A program made the position numbers and the translations under genes. 64,000 bases of DNA from Bacteroidota bacterium (GTDB lineage Bacteria; Bacteroidota; JABWAT01): positions 468,981 through 532,980 of the forward strand of contig JABWAT010000001.1 of assembly GCA_013360915.1 (NCBI GenBank), read 5' to 3'. Positions within the stretch are counted from its first letter, which is position 1. The number at the start of each line of letters is the position of its first letter. Positions 27,219 through 37,506 of this stretch are shown here, one piece after another. The notes under the pieces are model-generated. The model saw only the letters and a list, made by a program, of their open reading frames with translations, was not told the DNA's origin and ran no database searches.

Positions 27219-29240
27219 CTACAATCTGCCTGTGTAAGTGGTTTCATTGCCTTTTCGGTCACTGACTCTGATGACCGCAAGATACTCATCGGCTGGTTTA
27301 ATCCGCTCGGGATGAACAACGGCCACTTTTCTCTCCGGATCGAGATCGGCCCGACACCAGACGCCATTGATCAGAACCTGAAAAGATGAATAATCAATTC
27401 CCGAAATCCGATCCTCCAGATCGACCAGAAAAAGAGTCCCTGGCTTCCAGTTTTTCTTTTTCCGGACAGAGAGCACCGGTGGCTCGGTATCTTTACCGGG
27501 AGCAAAATAACCCGATCCGCCGACTGCGGCAGTCAGATACCCGGATTGAGACGATCCTCCTTCCCAGGCCCAGTCATTTCCAGTCCAGGTCATCAGTCCC
27601 CAATCAGAGGGGGACGGCACCGGAATCCGGACGGAAATGGACGACAGAAATGGTACCGTTTCCGGACCGATGAGGATCCGGTAAGTTTCCGGCTGTTGTG
27701 GTGAGCCAGATTCCCTGATGAACAGCCAGGAATTTTCGAACCGGCTGTTCTGACGAATGGTCAGATCTGTTCCGGATGGAAGTTCGAGAAGAATTTCGTC
27801 GGTGGTCGCCACCCAATAGGCATTCACTTCTGATGAATAGAGACGGCCCGTTGCATGATAGACCGAGGTTCGGATGGATATCACCCGCTCGCCTGATGGA
27901 ACGGGATACCACAACCATACACCCTGCTCATTGCTTTCTGCAAAATCAGGCAAGACAAAACGACCGTTCAGTTCGGTGGTTACCGTCATCATCCGCTGAT
28001 GCAACTGGTTTCCCCGGAGTCTGATTCTGAACTGATCGAACTGACTGACCACCTCTATACTGTCAATTTCTCCCGACCGGACCCAACCCGAACCCGCGGC
28101 GATTTTGTATCCGTTTTTACCAGCATCGGTATTTTCGCGCTGAAGTCCGGGCAGCAGGGCCTGAGCACGTACCGGAACAGGTTCGGTATCAGCCATCAGG
28201 ACCGATTCCCGTTTGATCAGCACCGGTTGCTGTCGCCTGATTTCATTTCCGTGAAAATCTTTCATGCTGATCTGAAGGGTGTGAACCCCATCTTCCAACT
28301 GACCGAACCAGAACTCAGGATCCTGAGTCACCGGTTGAGTGACCGGATTATCCGGAACCGGAAACAGCCGTACCGGACGACCATATCCCATACGGATACT
28401 TTCAAAATCCCGATGAACATGGATGAATTTTGCCAATCCGATCGGGTAACTGTCATAAACCGACTGATACAACAACCGGTCACCGACCGAAAGGGTCATC
28501 TGATAAATTCCAAGCCGGTTGGTTCCGTTGGTTGTATGATCCTGTCCTTCGGCCAGCACACCAAACGGACCTGTTATCACCGGGATGTCAGATGGGGTGG
28601 TTTCAGGATCGAACGTGTCGGTCACATTCAACCGGTGAGTAAGCCGTGAACCATTAATGGTGGTTTCCCGGGAGAGCGGAACCAGAGCCAATCGTTTTAT
28701 TTCGGGCGGCCTTGTATCCTGAACTTCACTGCCATGTGCAAAAAGCGGATTGATGACCCGGTCTTCCTTGTCACGGATTTCATAATGAAGGTGAGGAGTC
28801 CCGATGCCCGATTCCCCTGTAAAGGCGATCAGATCTCCCCGTTTCACAGGAAATTCTTCGGGGCTGAAGGACAGGTTCAAACTGTTTTTCTGAAGCCGGT
28901 AGTGTTCTCTGATAATTCGTTTCTCTAAAGCACCGTTAAATCGTTCCAGGTGGGCGTATACGGTGACAAAACCACCCGGGTGCGTCAGATAGACCACCTT
29001 GCCGTATCCGGTGGGAGAAACCCGTATTCTGGAAACATAGCCACGCTCGGCGGCAAACACCTTATACCCGGTTTTATTCCAGGTTTTCACATCAAGCCCG
29101 TAATGGAAGTGGGTGGACCTGAATTCCATAAATGAGGAAGTGAGTTCCGTGCTTGCATCGGTCGGCCAGAGAAAATCCAATCCGTGTTGCAGCCAACCGG
29201 GCTGATTCAGTTGCAGAAGAAGTAGTAAACCTGTAACCAT
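27219..29240 (-). CDS. M23-family metallopeptidase with a ~450-aa C-terminal beta-rich extension
   Basis: 673 aa. M23 motifs HYGLDV and GESGIGTPHLHYE are in the first 180 aa. The remainder has no recognised motif. Confidence 0.85.
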   Translation of the reverse strand: MVTGLLLLLQLNQPGWLQHGLDFLWPTDASTELTSSFMEFRSTHFHYGLDVKTWNKTGYKVFAAERGYVSRIRVSPTGYGKVVYLTHPGGFVTVYAHLERFNGALEKRIIREHYRLQKNSLNLSFSPEEFPVKRGDLIAFTGESGIGTPHLHYEIRDKEDRVINPLFAHGSEVQDTRPPEIKRLALVPLSRETTINGSRLTHRLNVTDTFDPETTPSDIPVITGPFGVLAEGQDHTTNGTNRLGIYQMTLSVGDRLLYQSVYDSYPIGLAKFIHVHRDFESIRMGYGRPVRLFPVPDNPVTQPVTQDPEFWFGQLEDGVHTLQISMKDFHGNEIRRQQPVLIKRESVLMADTEPVPVRAQALLPGLQRENTDAGKNGYKIAAGSGWVRSGEIDSIEVVSQFDQFRIRLRGNQLHQRMMTVTTELNGRFVLPDFAESNEQGVWLWYPVPSGERVISIRTSVYHATGRLYSSEVNAYWVATTDEILLELPSGTDLTIRQNSRFENSWLFIRESGSPQQPETYRILIGPETVPFLSSISVRIPVPSPSDWGLMTWTGNDWAWEGGSSQSGYLTAAVGGSGYFAPGKDTEPPVLSVRKKKNWKPGTLFLVDLEDRISGIDYSSFQVLINGVWCRADLDPERKVAVVHPERIKPADEYLAVIRVSDRKGNETTYTGRL

Positions 29241-29947
29241 CAGGAACCAACCGTAAAGACAGTCTCTCCGATTTCAGAGATGGAAACAGACACCACATCA
29301 CCGGAATTCAGGGGCCCTACTCCATCGGGCGTTCCGGTGAAAATGAGATCACCCGGCTCGAGTGTAAAAATGCCAGACAGATAGCTGATCAGAACCGGAA
29401 TCGGAAAAATCATATCGCCGGTGTTGCCATCCTGCCTGCAGACCCCATTGACCTCACAACGAATCCGAAGATTCTGCGGGTCAGAAACGCTGCGGGTAAA
29501 AAGTCCGATGGGAGCCGATGCATCAAAGGCCTTTGCCAGTTCCCATGGCAAACCGCCCGACTTTAACTCCTGCTGAACATCACGTAAAGTCAGATCGAGT
29601 CCGATGCCATAACCAGCCACATGATCAAGGGCTGCCTCTGCCGTTATATGTCGCCCGCCTTTTCCGATAAGGACCACCAATTCGGCCTCATGATGCAATT
29701 CCTTTCCATGTCGGGGAAAGGGGATGGGTTGGTCTGATGGCCACAACGCGGTGAGGGGTTTCATAAACACCACCGGTTTACCAGGAACCTGATTTCCAAG
29801 TTCCCGGGCATGCTTCGCATAATTCCGGCCAATGGCGAAGATTTTGCGTGGTTGAATGGGGCTGGCAGATGGATGTAACGTTATTTCCATGGACAATCCT
29901 GCTGGGGCAAAATGACGATCAGTGAGCTGATCCGGGGCATAAAACAA
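29240..29947 (-). CDS. Fumarylacetoacetate hydrolase (FAH) family protein
   Basis: Motifs KIFAIGRNYAKHA and HHEAELVVLIGKGG. The likely true start is the internal Met (MEITL) at ~29890. Its stop overlaps the M23 start. Confidence 0.8.
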   Translation of the reverse strand: MFYAPDQLTDRHFAPAGLSMEITLHPSASPIQPRKIFAIGRNYAKHARELGNQVPGKPVVFMKPLTALWPSDQPIPFPRHGKELHHEAELVVLIGKGGRHITAEAALDHVAGYGIGLDLTLRDVQQELKSGGLPWELAKAFDASAPIGLFTRSVSDPQNLRIRCEVNGVCRQDGNTGDMIFPIPVLISYLSGIFTLEPGDLIFTGTPDGVGPLNSGDVVSVSISEIGETVFTVGS

Positions 29948-30057
29948 GCTGCTTTAAAGATACACAACCTTCCTGTTTCAAGTCCATTCAATCCGCTCAG
30001 GAACGGTTTTGATTTCTCGGTTAATTTTAGTTTCTTATTTATAACCAATCTCAAAAA

Positions 30058-30540
30058 ATGTCACAACCCATTTCTGCCGGATTATTGATGTACCGCGTTC
30101 GTGAACGCCAGTTAGAGGTGTTCCTTGCGCATCCCGGCGGACCCTATTTTAAAAACCGTGAATGGGGAGTCTGGAGTGTCCCGAAAGGATCGGTGGAGCC
30201 CAATGAGGAATTGCTTGAGACCGCCATCAGGGAGTTTCAGGAAGAAACCGGTCTGACTGTTCATACCAATGAACTGATTCCGTTGGGTTCGGTGATGCAA
30301 CGGGGCGGAAAGACGGTACATTGCTGGGCCTTCGAAGGAAATGTGTCTGCAGAAACACCCATTGTTTCGAACACCTTTCAGGTTGAATGGCCCCCCAACT
30401 CGGGACAGATTCAGGTGTATCCCGAAACCGACAAGGCCCGGTTTTTTCACTGCGAAATGGCAAAAAAGAAACTGAATCCCGCACAGGCTCATTTCGTTGA
30501 ACGGCTTCATGCCCACCTGAGAACCCGCAACCGGATTTAG
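30058..30540 (+). CDS. NUDIX hydrolase
   Basis: 160 aa with the Nudix box GSVEPNEELLETAIREFQEETGL. Confidence 0.75.
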   Translation: MSQPISAGLLMYRVRERQLEVFLAHPGGPYFKNREWGVWSVPKGSVEPNEELLETAIREFQEETGLTVHTNELIPLGSVMQRGGKTVHCWAFEGNVSAETPIVSNTFQVEWPPNSGQIQVYPETDKARFFHCEMAKKKLNPAQAHFVERLHAHLRTRNRI

Positions 30541-31712
30541 GGATAGAAGTGGTATAACCGGCTTTCTATCCTGAAATCATTCAGGGCCTTCATTTCCTCC
30601 TCCGTTTCTTCCACCGACCGGCTTCCCAATAACTGAAAAAGATAAGGTTTGATGGTCAATGGTCTTCCGGCTGATTGAAGGGACAGAATCACCTGCCGTA
30701 TTGATTGCAGCACAGAACGGTCCCCTGTAATGGATTTCATTGTGAACCCGGGCAGCCGTTCGTTTTCATATTTCGGTTTATGGGCCCTGCCTGGAATGGA
30801 AACCGGTGTTTTTTCGTCATACTGAACCCGGATTCCAGACTGATTGAACAGAATGGAATCGGCTGGATTTAACCAGGGAGCACCGGTCCAACGGAAAGGA
30901 AGATCGGTCCCGCGTCCTTCTGACAGATTGGTTCCTTCAAACAGGCAGGTACCCGAATACCAATACAACGATTGGAACGTTGGTAGGTTTGGGCTCGGAG
31001 GAATCCAGTCGAGTCCGGTGGAGGGCCAGAGCATGCTTCGTTTCCAACCGTCCATCCGGATGACGGTCAGTTTCAGGTCTTTCATGAGAGGAAACCAGTT
31101 TTGATGCTGAGCCATGGTAAACAACTCTCCCACTGTGAGGCCATAGCGGACCGGAACCGGTAACGCACCCACAAAACTCATCAGGGTTGAATCGGGGATG
31201 GGGCCTTCCGAAATTAAACCACCGAGTGGATTCGGACGATCAAGGATGATAACCGGGATACCTGCCATGGCAGCCGATTCCAGGCAGTACCGGATGGTTG
31301 ACAAATAGGTGTACCACCGGAGCCCCACTTCCTGAATGTCGATCAGAAGTGTATCAGCCACCCCAAAATCGGATGTCAGGGGCTTCTTTTTGTTTCCATA
31401 GAGAGAAACCACCGGCCGGCCCTTGTATTGCTCATCGGTTGAATGGACCCCATCGGGCAGATTGGTACCAAAACCATGTTCCGGACTGAAAAAAACAGCC
31501 GCTCTTTCCGTTTTGATGAGTGAATCGGCAAGATTGAACAACCGTTGACTGCTTGAATTTGTCAGCAGTGCATACTGATTTCCTGATAAGCGTCCAGATT
31601 CCCAGGCCAGTTCAGAGGCCAGCCGGACCCTGCCGGAATCCGTTGAAGAATAATGATCTCCTGCCGGTGGGAAGGCTGTAAGGCTCAGAAAGGTCAGAAG
31701 AGAGGTCACCAT
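30537..31712 (-). CDS. DUF1343 / NamZ-family protein (exo-beta-N-acetylmuramidase family)
   Basis: 391 aa with GIPVIILDRPNPLGG and DIQEVGLRWYTY, which are DUF1343 motifs. It has a signal peptide. Confidence 0.75.
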   Translation of the reverse strand: MVTSLLTFLSLTAFPPAGDHYSSTDSGRVRLASELAWESGRLSGNQYALLTNSSSQRLFNLADSLIKTERAAVFFSPEHGFGTNLPDGVHSTDEQYKGRPVVSLYGNKKKPLTSDFGVADTLLIDIQEVGLRWYTYLSTIRYCLESAAMAGIPVIILDRPNPLGGLISEGPIPDSTLMSFVGALPVPVRYGLTVGELFTMAQHQNWFPLMKDLKLTVIRMDGWKRSMLWPSTGLDWIPPSPNLPTFQSLYWYSGTCLFEGTNLSEGRGTDLPFRWTGAPWLNPADSILFNQSGIRVQYDEKTPVSIPGRAHKPKYENERLPGFTMKSITGDRSVLQSIRQVILSLQSAGRPLTIKPYLFQLLGSRSVEETEEEMKALNDFRIESRLYHFYP

Positions 31713-31854
31713 TTACATATCCCGGTTGTCTGGTGGATCGTGAGAAAAAGCAGGTATCGTTCCTGATCAGGCTACCCAACTTACAACAAATTTAACAATG
31801 AAACAGCGCACACTGGAAAATGGATGGGGTCCTGAAGTCTGCCAGTTACCATAA

Positions 31855-31881
31855 ACAAAAAACCCCGCACAGAGCGGGGTT
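31855..31881 (-). terminator. Intrinsic terminator after ndk (ccccgc acaga gcgggg, with an A-run on one side and a T-run on the other)
   Basis: Read directly, ~25 nt downstream of the ndk stop. Strong U-tract on the minus strand. Confidence 0.6.
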
Positions 31882-31903
31882 TTCGCAATCTGAAAAATTC
31901 AGA

Positions 31904-32338
31904 TCAGAATCCGTAGTTGGCTACCAGATCGGCTGCGTTGAAATGATAGGCAATTTCGATGGCGGCATTTTCGGTGGAATCGCTGCCATGTACAATGTTT
32001 TCGCCAACCGAATCGGCATACAGTTTCCGGACGGTTCCGGGTTCAGCATTGGCGGGATTGGTTGCTCCGATCAGTTTACGGAAATCGGCCACTGCATTTT
32101 CCTTTTCAAGAACCATGGGAACACAGGGACCAGAGGACATGAAGGTAACCAATTCACCAAAAAACGGACGTTCTTTGTGAACTGCATAGAATCCACCTGC
32201 TGTTTCCTGGGTCAGGCGGGTCATTTTCATTGCGACCACTTTGAAACCTGCTTCCTGAATCTGCGCGGTTACTTTACCAATCAGGTTTTTGCGGACACAG
32301 TCCGGTTTGAGAATCGCAAGCGTGCGTTCTACTGCCAT
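31904..32338 (-). CDS. ndk: Nucleoside diphosphate kinase
   Basis: 144 aa. LAILKPD...NIVHGSDS are canonical NDK motifs. Confidence 0.95.
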   Translation of the reverse strand: MAVERTLAILKPDCVRKNLIGKVTAQIQEAGFKVVAMKMTRLTQETAGGFYAVHKERPFFGELVTFMSSGPCVPMVLEKENAVADFRKLIGATNPANAEPGTVRKLYADSVGENIVHGSDSTENAAIEIAYHFNAADLVANYGF

Positions 32339-32355
32339 TTTTACTCCAATTATGA

Positions 32356-33228
32356 TTATTTACCCAAAACTTTTTTCATGGTATCGCCGATAGTGGCCGG
32401 TGAATCGGCCACATGAATACCGCATTCCTTCATAACTCTGATTTTTTCTTCTGCTGTTCCTTTTCCACCCGAGATGATGGCGCCAGCGTGACCCATCCGG
32501 CGACCAGGAGGGGCGGTACGACCGGCAATAAATCCCACAACCGGTTTTTTCACATGATCGCGAATGTAGTATGCAGCATCTTCCTCATCCGACCCACCAA
32601 TTTCACCGATCAGCACAATGGCATCGGTTTCAGGGTCCTCATTAAACAGCCGGACAGCATCGATATGACGGGTTCCGATAATGGGATCCCCACCGATTCC
32701 GATACAGGTCGACTGGCCGATTCCGAGTTTGGTCAATTGGTTCACTGCTTCATAAGTCAGGGTTCCCGACCGTGAGATGAGGCCGACACGGCCTGGCGAG
32801 AAGATGAAACCGGGCATGATCCCGATTTTTGCGATACCGGGCGTGATGATTCCCGGACAGTTGGGTCCGATGAGCCGTGTTTCACGTCCCTGAAGGTAGG
32901 TCCATGCCTTCATCATGTCATTAACAGGAATTCCCTCGGTGATACAGATGACCAATCTGATTCCGGCATCGGCTGCTTCCATCACGGCATCGGCTGCAGC
33001 AACAGCCGGAACGAAAATGATGGAGGTATTGGCACCGGTTTCCTTCACTGCCTGATCAACGGTATTAAAGACCGGTGTTCCCTCGTGAATCGTTCCGCCC
33101 TTGCCTGGTGTTACTCCACCAACGACCGGTGTTCCATACTCCTTCATCTGACCGGCGTGGAAGGATCCTTCCTGCCCGGTAATTCCCTGAACAATTACTT
33201 TAGTTGAACGGTCAACAAGCACTGCCAT
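32356..33228 (-). CDS. sucD: Succinate--CoA ligase subunit alpha
   Basis: 290 aa. [14 protein letters not shown] and the MGHAGAI phospho-His loop are present. Confidence 0.95.
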   Translation of the reverse strand: MAVLVDRSTKVIVQGITGQEGSFHAGQMKEYGTPVVGGVTPGKGGTIHEGTPVFNTVDQAVKETGANTSIIFVPAVAAADAVMEAADAGIRLVICITEGIPVNDMMKAWTYLQGRETRLIGPNCPGIITPGIAKIGIMPGFIFSPGRVGLISRSGTLTYEAVNQLTKLGIGQSTCIGIGGDPIIGTRHIDAVRLFNEDPETDAIVLIGEIGGSDEEDAAYYIRDHVKKPVVGFIAGRTAPPGRRMGHAGAIISGGKGTAEEKIRVMKECGIHVADSPATIGDTMKKVLGK

Positions 33229-33246
33229 TTTTCTGCTCTCCGGTTT

Positions 33247-34680
33247 TTAGAATTTGAATGTTTCGATGGCCCTGGCTGTGGTCAGCAGTGTGGCTTCATC
33301 AAAGTGGTTACCCAATAACTGAACCCCGATCGGAAGTCCGTCAGAGGCCAGGCCGGCAGGAATTGAGACCCCCGGGATTCCTGCGAGGTTGGCCGAAACG
33401 GTAAAAATGTCCGACAGGTACATTTCGAGCGGATCAGTGGTTTTCTCGCCAATCCGGAAGGCAGTACCCGGTGTGGTGGGGGTTAACAAAACATCCACAG
33501 ACTCAAATGCCTTTTCGAAATCCTGGCGGATCAGGCGCCGGACCTTTTGTGCTTTGGCATAATAGGCATCGTAGTAGCCGGCTGATAACACATAGGTTCC
33601 CAGCATGATGCGGCGCTTGACTTCCGGACCAAATCCTTCGCTGCGGGACTTCACATACATGGCATTGAGTGTAGCCGGTTTTTCAGCACGGCTGGTGAAC
33701 CGTACTCCATCGTACCGAGCCAGGTTGCTCGAGGCTTCGGCTGTTGTCAGAATGTAATATGTGGCGATGCAATAAGGAGTATGAGGCAGTTTCACCGAAG
33801 TAACGGTGGCTCCTTCAGACTTCAGCCGATCTGCGACCGCCAGCAAACGGTTTTTAATTTCGGGGTTCAACCCTTCTGCCAGGTATTCATCCGGAATTCC
33901 GACCCGGAGTTTTCCAACCGGTTTATTAAGTCCGGCAGCATAACCGGGAACAGGCAAGGGTGCCGAGGTTGAGTCCAGAGGGTCGTGACCGGCCAGCACT
34001 TCCATGATCAGTGCTGCATCTTCCACAGAATGGGTAAACGGTCCGACCTGATCAAAGGAGGATGCATAGGCAATCAGACCAAAGCGGCTCACTCGCCCGT
34101 AAGTCGGTTTCAAACCAACTATTCCGCAAAGGGCGGCCGGAAAGCGGATGGACCCACCGGTATCGGTGCCAAGAGAGGCCATGGCAAGGCCGGCAGCCAC
34201 GGCAACAGCCGATCCGCCCGAACTTCCACCAGGAACGCGTTCGGGATCCATCGGATGCCGAACCGGGCCAAAAGCTGAATTTTCATTGGATGACCCCATG
34301 GCAAACTCATCCATGTTGGTACGACCGATCAGAATGGCATCTGCCTCGATCAGCTTTTTAACAACAGTTGAATGATAGACCGCCCGATGGTTCTTTAGAA
34401 TTTTTGAAGCACAGGAAGTGATCTGACCTTCGATGGTTAACACATCCTTGACAGCGATCACCATGCCAGCCAACGGCCCGGCCGTTCCATCGGCAAGCTT
34501 TTTCTGTACCTGATCAGCCTGGTTCCGGGCCAGATCATCAAATGTTTCGAGATAACAATTCAGAGCCGCTTTTTCACGGATGGCATTCAAGTAATGATCA
34601 ACCACCTGGCGACAGGTGAATTCTCCAGAAGTCAGCCTTGACCGGTAATCGCGGTAAGATGAATAAGTAAACGACATCAA
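33247..34680 (-). CDS. gatA: Glu-tRNA(Gln)/Asp-tRNA(Asn) amidotransferase subunit A
   Basis: 477 aa with the amidase signature GGSSGGSAVAVAAG. Confidence 0.9.
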   Translation of the reverse strand: MMSFTYSSYRDYRSRLTSGEFTCRQVVDHYLNAIREKAALNCYLETFDDLARNQADQVQKKLADGTAGPLAGMVIAVKDVLTIEGQITSCASKILKNHRAVYHSTVVKKLIEADAILIGRTNMDEFAMGSSNENSAFGPVRHPMDPERVPGGSSGGSAVAVAAGLAMASLGTDTGGSIRFPAALCGIVGLKPTYGRVSRFGLIAYASSFDQVGPFTHSVEDAALIMEVLAGHDPLDSTSAPLPVPGYAAGLNKPVGKLRVGIPDEYLAEGLNPEIKNRLLAVADRLKSEGATVTSVKLPHTPYCIATYYILTTAEASSNLARYDGVRFTSRAEKPATLNAMYVKSRSEGFGPEVKRRIMLGTYVLSAGYYDAYYAKAQKVRRLIRQDFEKAFESVDVLLTPTTPGTAFRIGEKTTDPLEMYLSDIFTVSANLAGIPGVSIPAGLASDGLPIGVQLLGNHFDEATLLTTARAIETFKF

Positions 34681-34893
34681 TCAGTTATCGGTAGTCTTGG
34701 TTGGGGGTGGGGTTTTCTTGTCCGTTTTAGCAGGATCTGCTTCGACTTCCTTTTGGATATCGCTTGCAGCTTTCTTGAATTCACTCATGCCCTGTCCAAG
34801 CGATTTTGCGAATTCAGGGATCTTCTTACTGCCAAAAAGAATCAGAAATACAATGAGAATGAGGATGATTTCCCCGCCACTCAGTCCGAACAT
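34681..34893 (-). CDS. tatA: Twin-arginine translocase subunit TatA/E
   Basis: 70 aa. [22 protein letters not shown] shows the TM helix, hinge and amphipathic helix. Its stop abuts the gatA start. Confidence 0.85.
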   Translation of the reverse strand: MFGLSGGEIILILIVFLILFGSKKIPEFAKSLGQGMSEFKKAASDIQKEVEADPAKTDKKTPPPTKTTDN

Positions 34894-34958
34894 AGTGGTT
34901 TCCTTAATAAATCAACGAAAGTAGGTCGGTTGCCAGCCAGAATCAAGAAAACCGGGGG

Positions 34959-35897
34959 TCAATTACCGCCGATAAATCTGCTTTCGAGCACCTCTCCGGT
35001 GGTTGCATCGGCAAAAATCCTGAACTGTGGATTGGGTTTCGTTGGCACGAACACATCAAACTTCCAGACGTAGTGGTAGCGGATTTCGGTCGAGGCCGGG
35101 GTCATTTCCTGACCGGGGACGTCGGTTCGCCGGCGGTAAACAACCAAAGCCTGCTGGTCACCACTGCTCAGCTGATCGGCTGATTGGATGACATAAACCT
35201 GGTTTTTACCATCCTTCATGTAATCAATCTTATGCTGGACCAGATTTTTGCGGATTTCTTCGGCAGCGACCCATTCGGGTGAAATCATGGGTCGGTCTGG
35301 CAGTACGGTTGAACGCAGCATTCCCACTTCACCAAAACGGGAAATCACCACCTGAATGGTATTTATTTCCGGATTGATAAACGGGATCAGGGAAGGAAAT
35401 GACTTTCTGAAGGTGAATTCGGTAAAATCATAACTCTCTGTGATATTTTCGGTTTGCAATTGACCCGATTTTACCTGAAACACATTGGAATACCGGTCAA
35501 TAAATTGACGAAAACCGGCTTCCAGACCAGTTACCGGACGTGATGAGTCCGTATCACCGAACAAGCGGATTCCAGGGGAACCGTATTCCAGGGAAGAAAG
35601 TGCTGCGGACAGACTGTCAATACGGACCACCTGATAGGAGGCCCCTTCTGCCGTAAGCAACTGACTGATCTGTTGAGACAACAACCGGGAACCGGAAGGG
35701 TCCATGCGGACCACGGCCGGATAGGGGAACCGTGGTTCTGCCGGGCTGGTGCCAACCGACGGTCCTCCGGACTGGCAACCAACAGTGACTGCCAGCAGGA
35801 CCGGCCAGACAAACCGGTTATACCGGGCGGGTTTCAAGAGACCGGATAATTGATTGCAAGAATCCCAAGCCATCGGTTCCTCCCACATTGGTTTCAA
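34959..35897 (-). CDS. Hypothetical lipoprotein. The start is uncertain because the track start overlaps purQ by 80 nt.
   Basis: Signal peptide with lipobox FVWPVLLAVTVGC. No motif I recognise. Confidence 0.5.
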   Translation of the reverse strand: MKPMWEEPMAWDSCNQLSGLLKPARYNRFVWPVLLAVTVGCQSGGPSVGTSPAEPRFPYPAVVRMDPSGSRLLSQQISQLLTAEGASYQVVRIDSLSAALSSLEYGSPGIRLFGDTDSSRPVTGLEAGFRQFIDRYSNVFQVKSGQLQTENITESYDFTEFTFRKSFPSLIPFINPEINTIQVVISRFGEVGMLRSTVLPDRPMISPEWVAAEEIRKNLVQHKIDYMKDGKNQVYVIQSADQLSSGDQQALVVYRRRTDVPGQEMTPASTEIRYHYVWKFDVFVPTKPNPQFRIFADATTGEVLESRFIGGN

Positions 35898-36525
35898 CAG
35901 ACCGTTCGGGATGAGGCATCATTCCGAACACATTTCCTTCACGGTTCACAATTCCGGCAATGTTGAGGGCAGAGCCGTTGGGATTACCCTCTTCATTGAT
36001 GCTGCCATCGGCATCACAATACTGAAATACAATCTGCCGGTTATCCTGCAGACCGGCCAGGACATCATCCTGGGCGAAGTAGTTCCCTTCCCCGTGTGCA
36101 ATGGGAACCCGGATAATCTGACCAGGCTGATAGGAGGATGAAAAGCGTGTGTTGGCGTTGGACACCTTCAGGTTCACATGCCGGCAGATGAACTTCAGGG
36201 ATGTATTGGGAAGAAGAACGCCCGGCAACAACCCGGATTCAACCAGGATCTGAAAGCCATTACAGACGCCGGCCACCAACCCTCCCTTTGAAGCAAACCG
36301 GACCACCTCCTTCATCACAGGAGAATACTTGGCGATTGCACCGCACCGCAGGTAATCCCCGTAAGAAAATCCGCCGGGCAGGAAAACCAGATCCACATCA
36401 CCAAGATCGGAATCCTTATGCCAGATGAGCCGTGCCGTTTGCCCGGTCACCGTCCCCCAGGCATGGAGGGCATCATGATCACAATTGGAACCGGGAAACT
36501 GAATAACACCAACACGAATGCTCAT
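35818..36525 (-). CDS. purQ: Phosphoribosylformylglycinamidine synthase, glutaminase subunit
   Basis: 235 aa. IRVGVIQFPGSNCDHD is a class I glutamine amidotransferase motif. Confidence 0.9.
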   Translation of the reverse strand: MSIRVGVIQFPGSNCDHDALHAWGTVTGQTARLIWHKDSDLGDVDLVFLPGGFSYGDYLRCGAIAKYSPVMKEVVRFASKGGLVAGVCNGFQILVESGLLPGVLLPNTSLKFICRHVNLKVSNANTRFSSSYQPGQIIRVPIAHGEGNYFAQDDVLAGLQDNRQIVFQYCDADGSINEEGNPNGSALNIAGIVNREGNVFGMMPHPERSVETNVGGTDGLGFLQSIIRSLETRPV

Positions 36526-36776
36526 GCAGAGACCTTTTCAAGGGTGAATTCGAAATTTTCCATCACCGGGTTGGCCAGAATCTTCTGGCAGATTTCCTTC
36601 ACTTCACGTCGGGCGGTTTCCTCATCAGGCGCATTGATCATCACTTCCACAAATTTTCCGATTCTGATCTGGTCGACCGAATCATAGCCAAGAGAATGAA
36701 CGGCATGCTGAACGGCTTTTCCCTGCACATCCAGGATTGAAGGTCGCAGAACCACCGTAATTTTTGCTTTATACAT
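36522..36776 (-). CDS. purS: Phosphoribosylformylglycinamidine synthase subunit PurS
   Basis: Internal Met start giving MYKAKITVVLRPSILDVQGKAV (~84 aa). The track start is upstream of this. Confidence 0.8.
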   Translation of the reverse strand: MYKAKITVVLRPSILDVQGKAVQHAVHSLGYDSVDQIRIGKFVEVMINAPDEETARREVKEICQKILANPVMENFEFTLEKVSA

Positions 36777-36792
36777 AGTATATCCTGTCAAG

Positions 36793-37506
36793 TCAGGCAA
36801 TGGGTTTTTTAAAAAATCGGACCGGATATCTGAACAGACCAATCAGGAGGTAACCGGTCATTCCGACGAGCAGTCCACGTTCCCTGAAAATGATAACCAG
36901 CAGCAGAAAGATAACAAAGGAAGTAAAGGCCAGTGGTTTCTCCCTGATGGCCCGTGGTGTCAGCTTTGGAATGGTATCATATTTAACGGTGCTGACCATC
37001 AGCAGGGATAAAAAGATGACCAGAACCGGTAGCACCACTTTCAGGTCAAGGGGAATCCAGTCGGGATGATTCATCACGGTCAGAACCAGCGAGCAGATCA
37101 CAACGGCCTGTCCCGGGATGGGAAGACCGCGGAAGTAGTCTTTGTCAAAACCGGTGAGCTGAACATTAAACCGGGCCAGACGAAGTGCACCGCAAATGGC
37201 AGGCAGGGCGCTGATGAGAATGCCCCAGAATCCGAAATTCTCAAGACCAAGCTGGTAGACCAGAAAACTGGGTGCGACCCCAAATGTCACCACATCACTT
37301 AAGCTATCCAATTCTACCCCGAATTGGGAGGCAGAGTTGGTGAGGCGGGCCATGAAGCCATCGAAAGCATCAAAAAACCCACCAAAGATGATAAACCAGG
37401 CGGCGTTGCCATAATTCCCTGCATGTGCCTGAATAATGGCATTGAACCCGCAGAACAGGTTCATGACAGTAAAGAAGTTGGGAATTACCGCTCTGGTAAT
37501 TCTCAT
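36793..37506 (-). CDS. pssA: CDP-diacylglycerol--serine O-phosphatidyltransferase
   Basis: 237 aa. CDP-alcohol phosphatidyltransferase motif DAFDGFMAR...DSLSD. Confidence 0.85.
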   Translation of the reverse strand: MRITRAVIPNFFTVMNLFCGFNAIIQAHAGNYGNAAWFIIFGGFFDAFDGFMARLTNSASQFGVELDSLSDVVTFGVAPSFLVYQLGLENFGFWGILISALPAICGALRLARFNVQLTGFDKDYFRGLPIPGQAVVICSLVLTVMNHPDWIPLDLKVVLPVLVIFLSLLMVSTVKYDTIPKLTPRAIREKPLAFTSFVIFLLLVIIFRERGLLVGMTGYLLIGLFRYPVRFFKKPIA

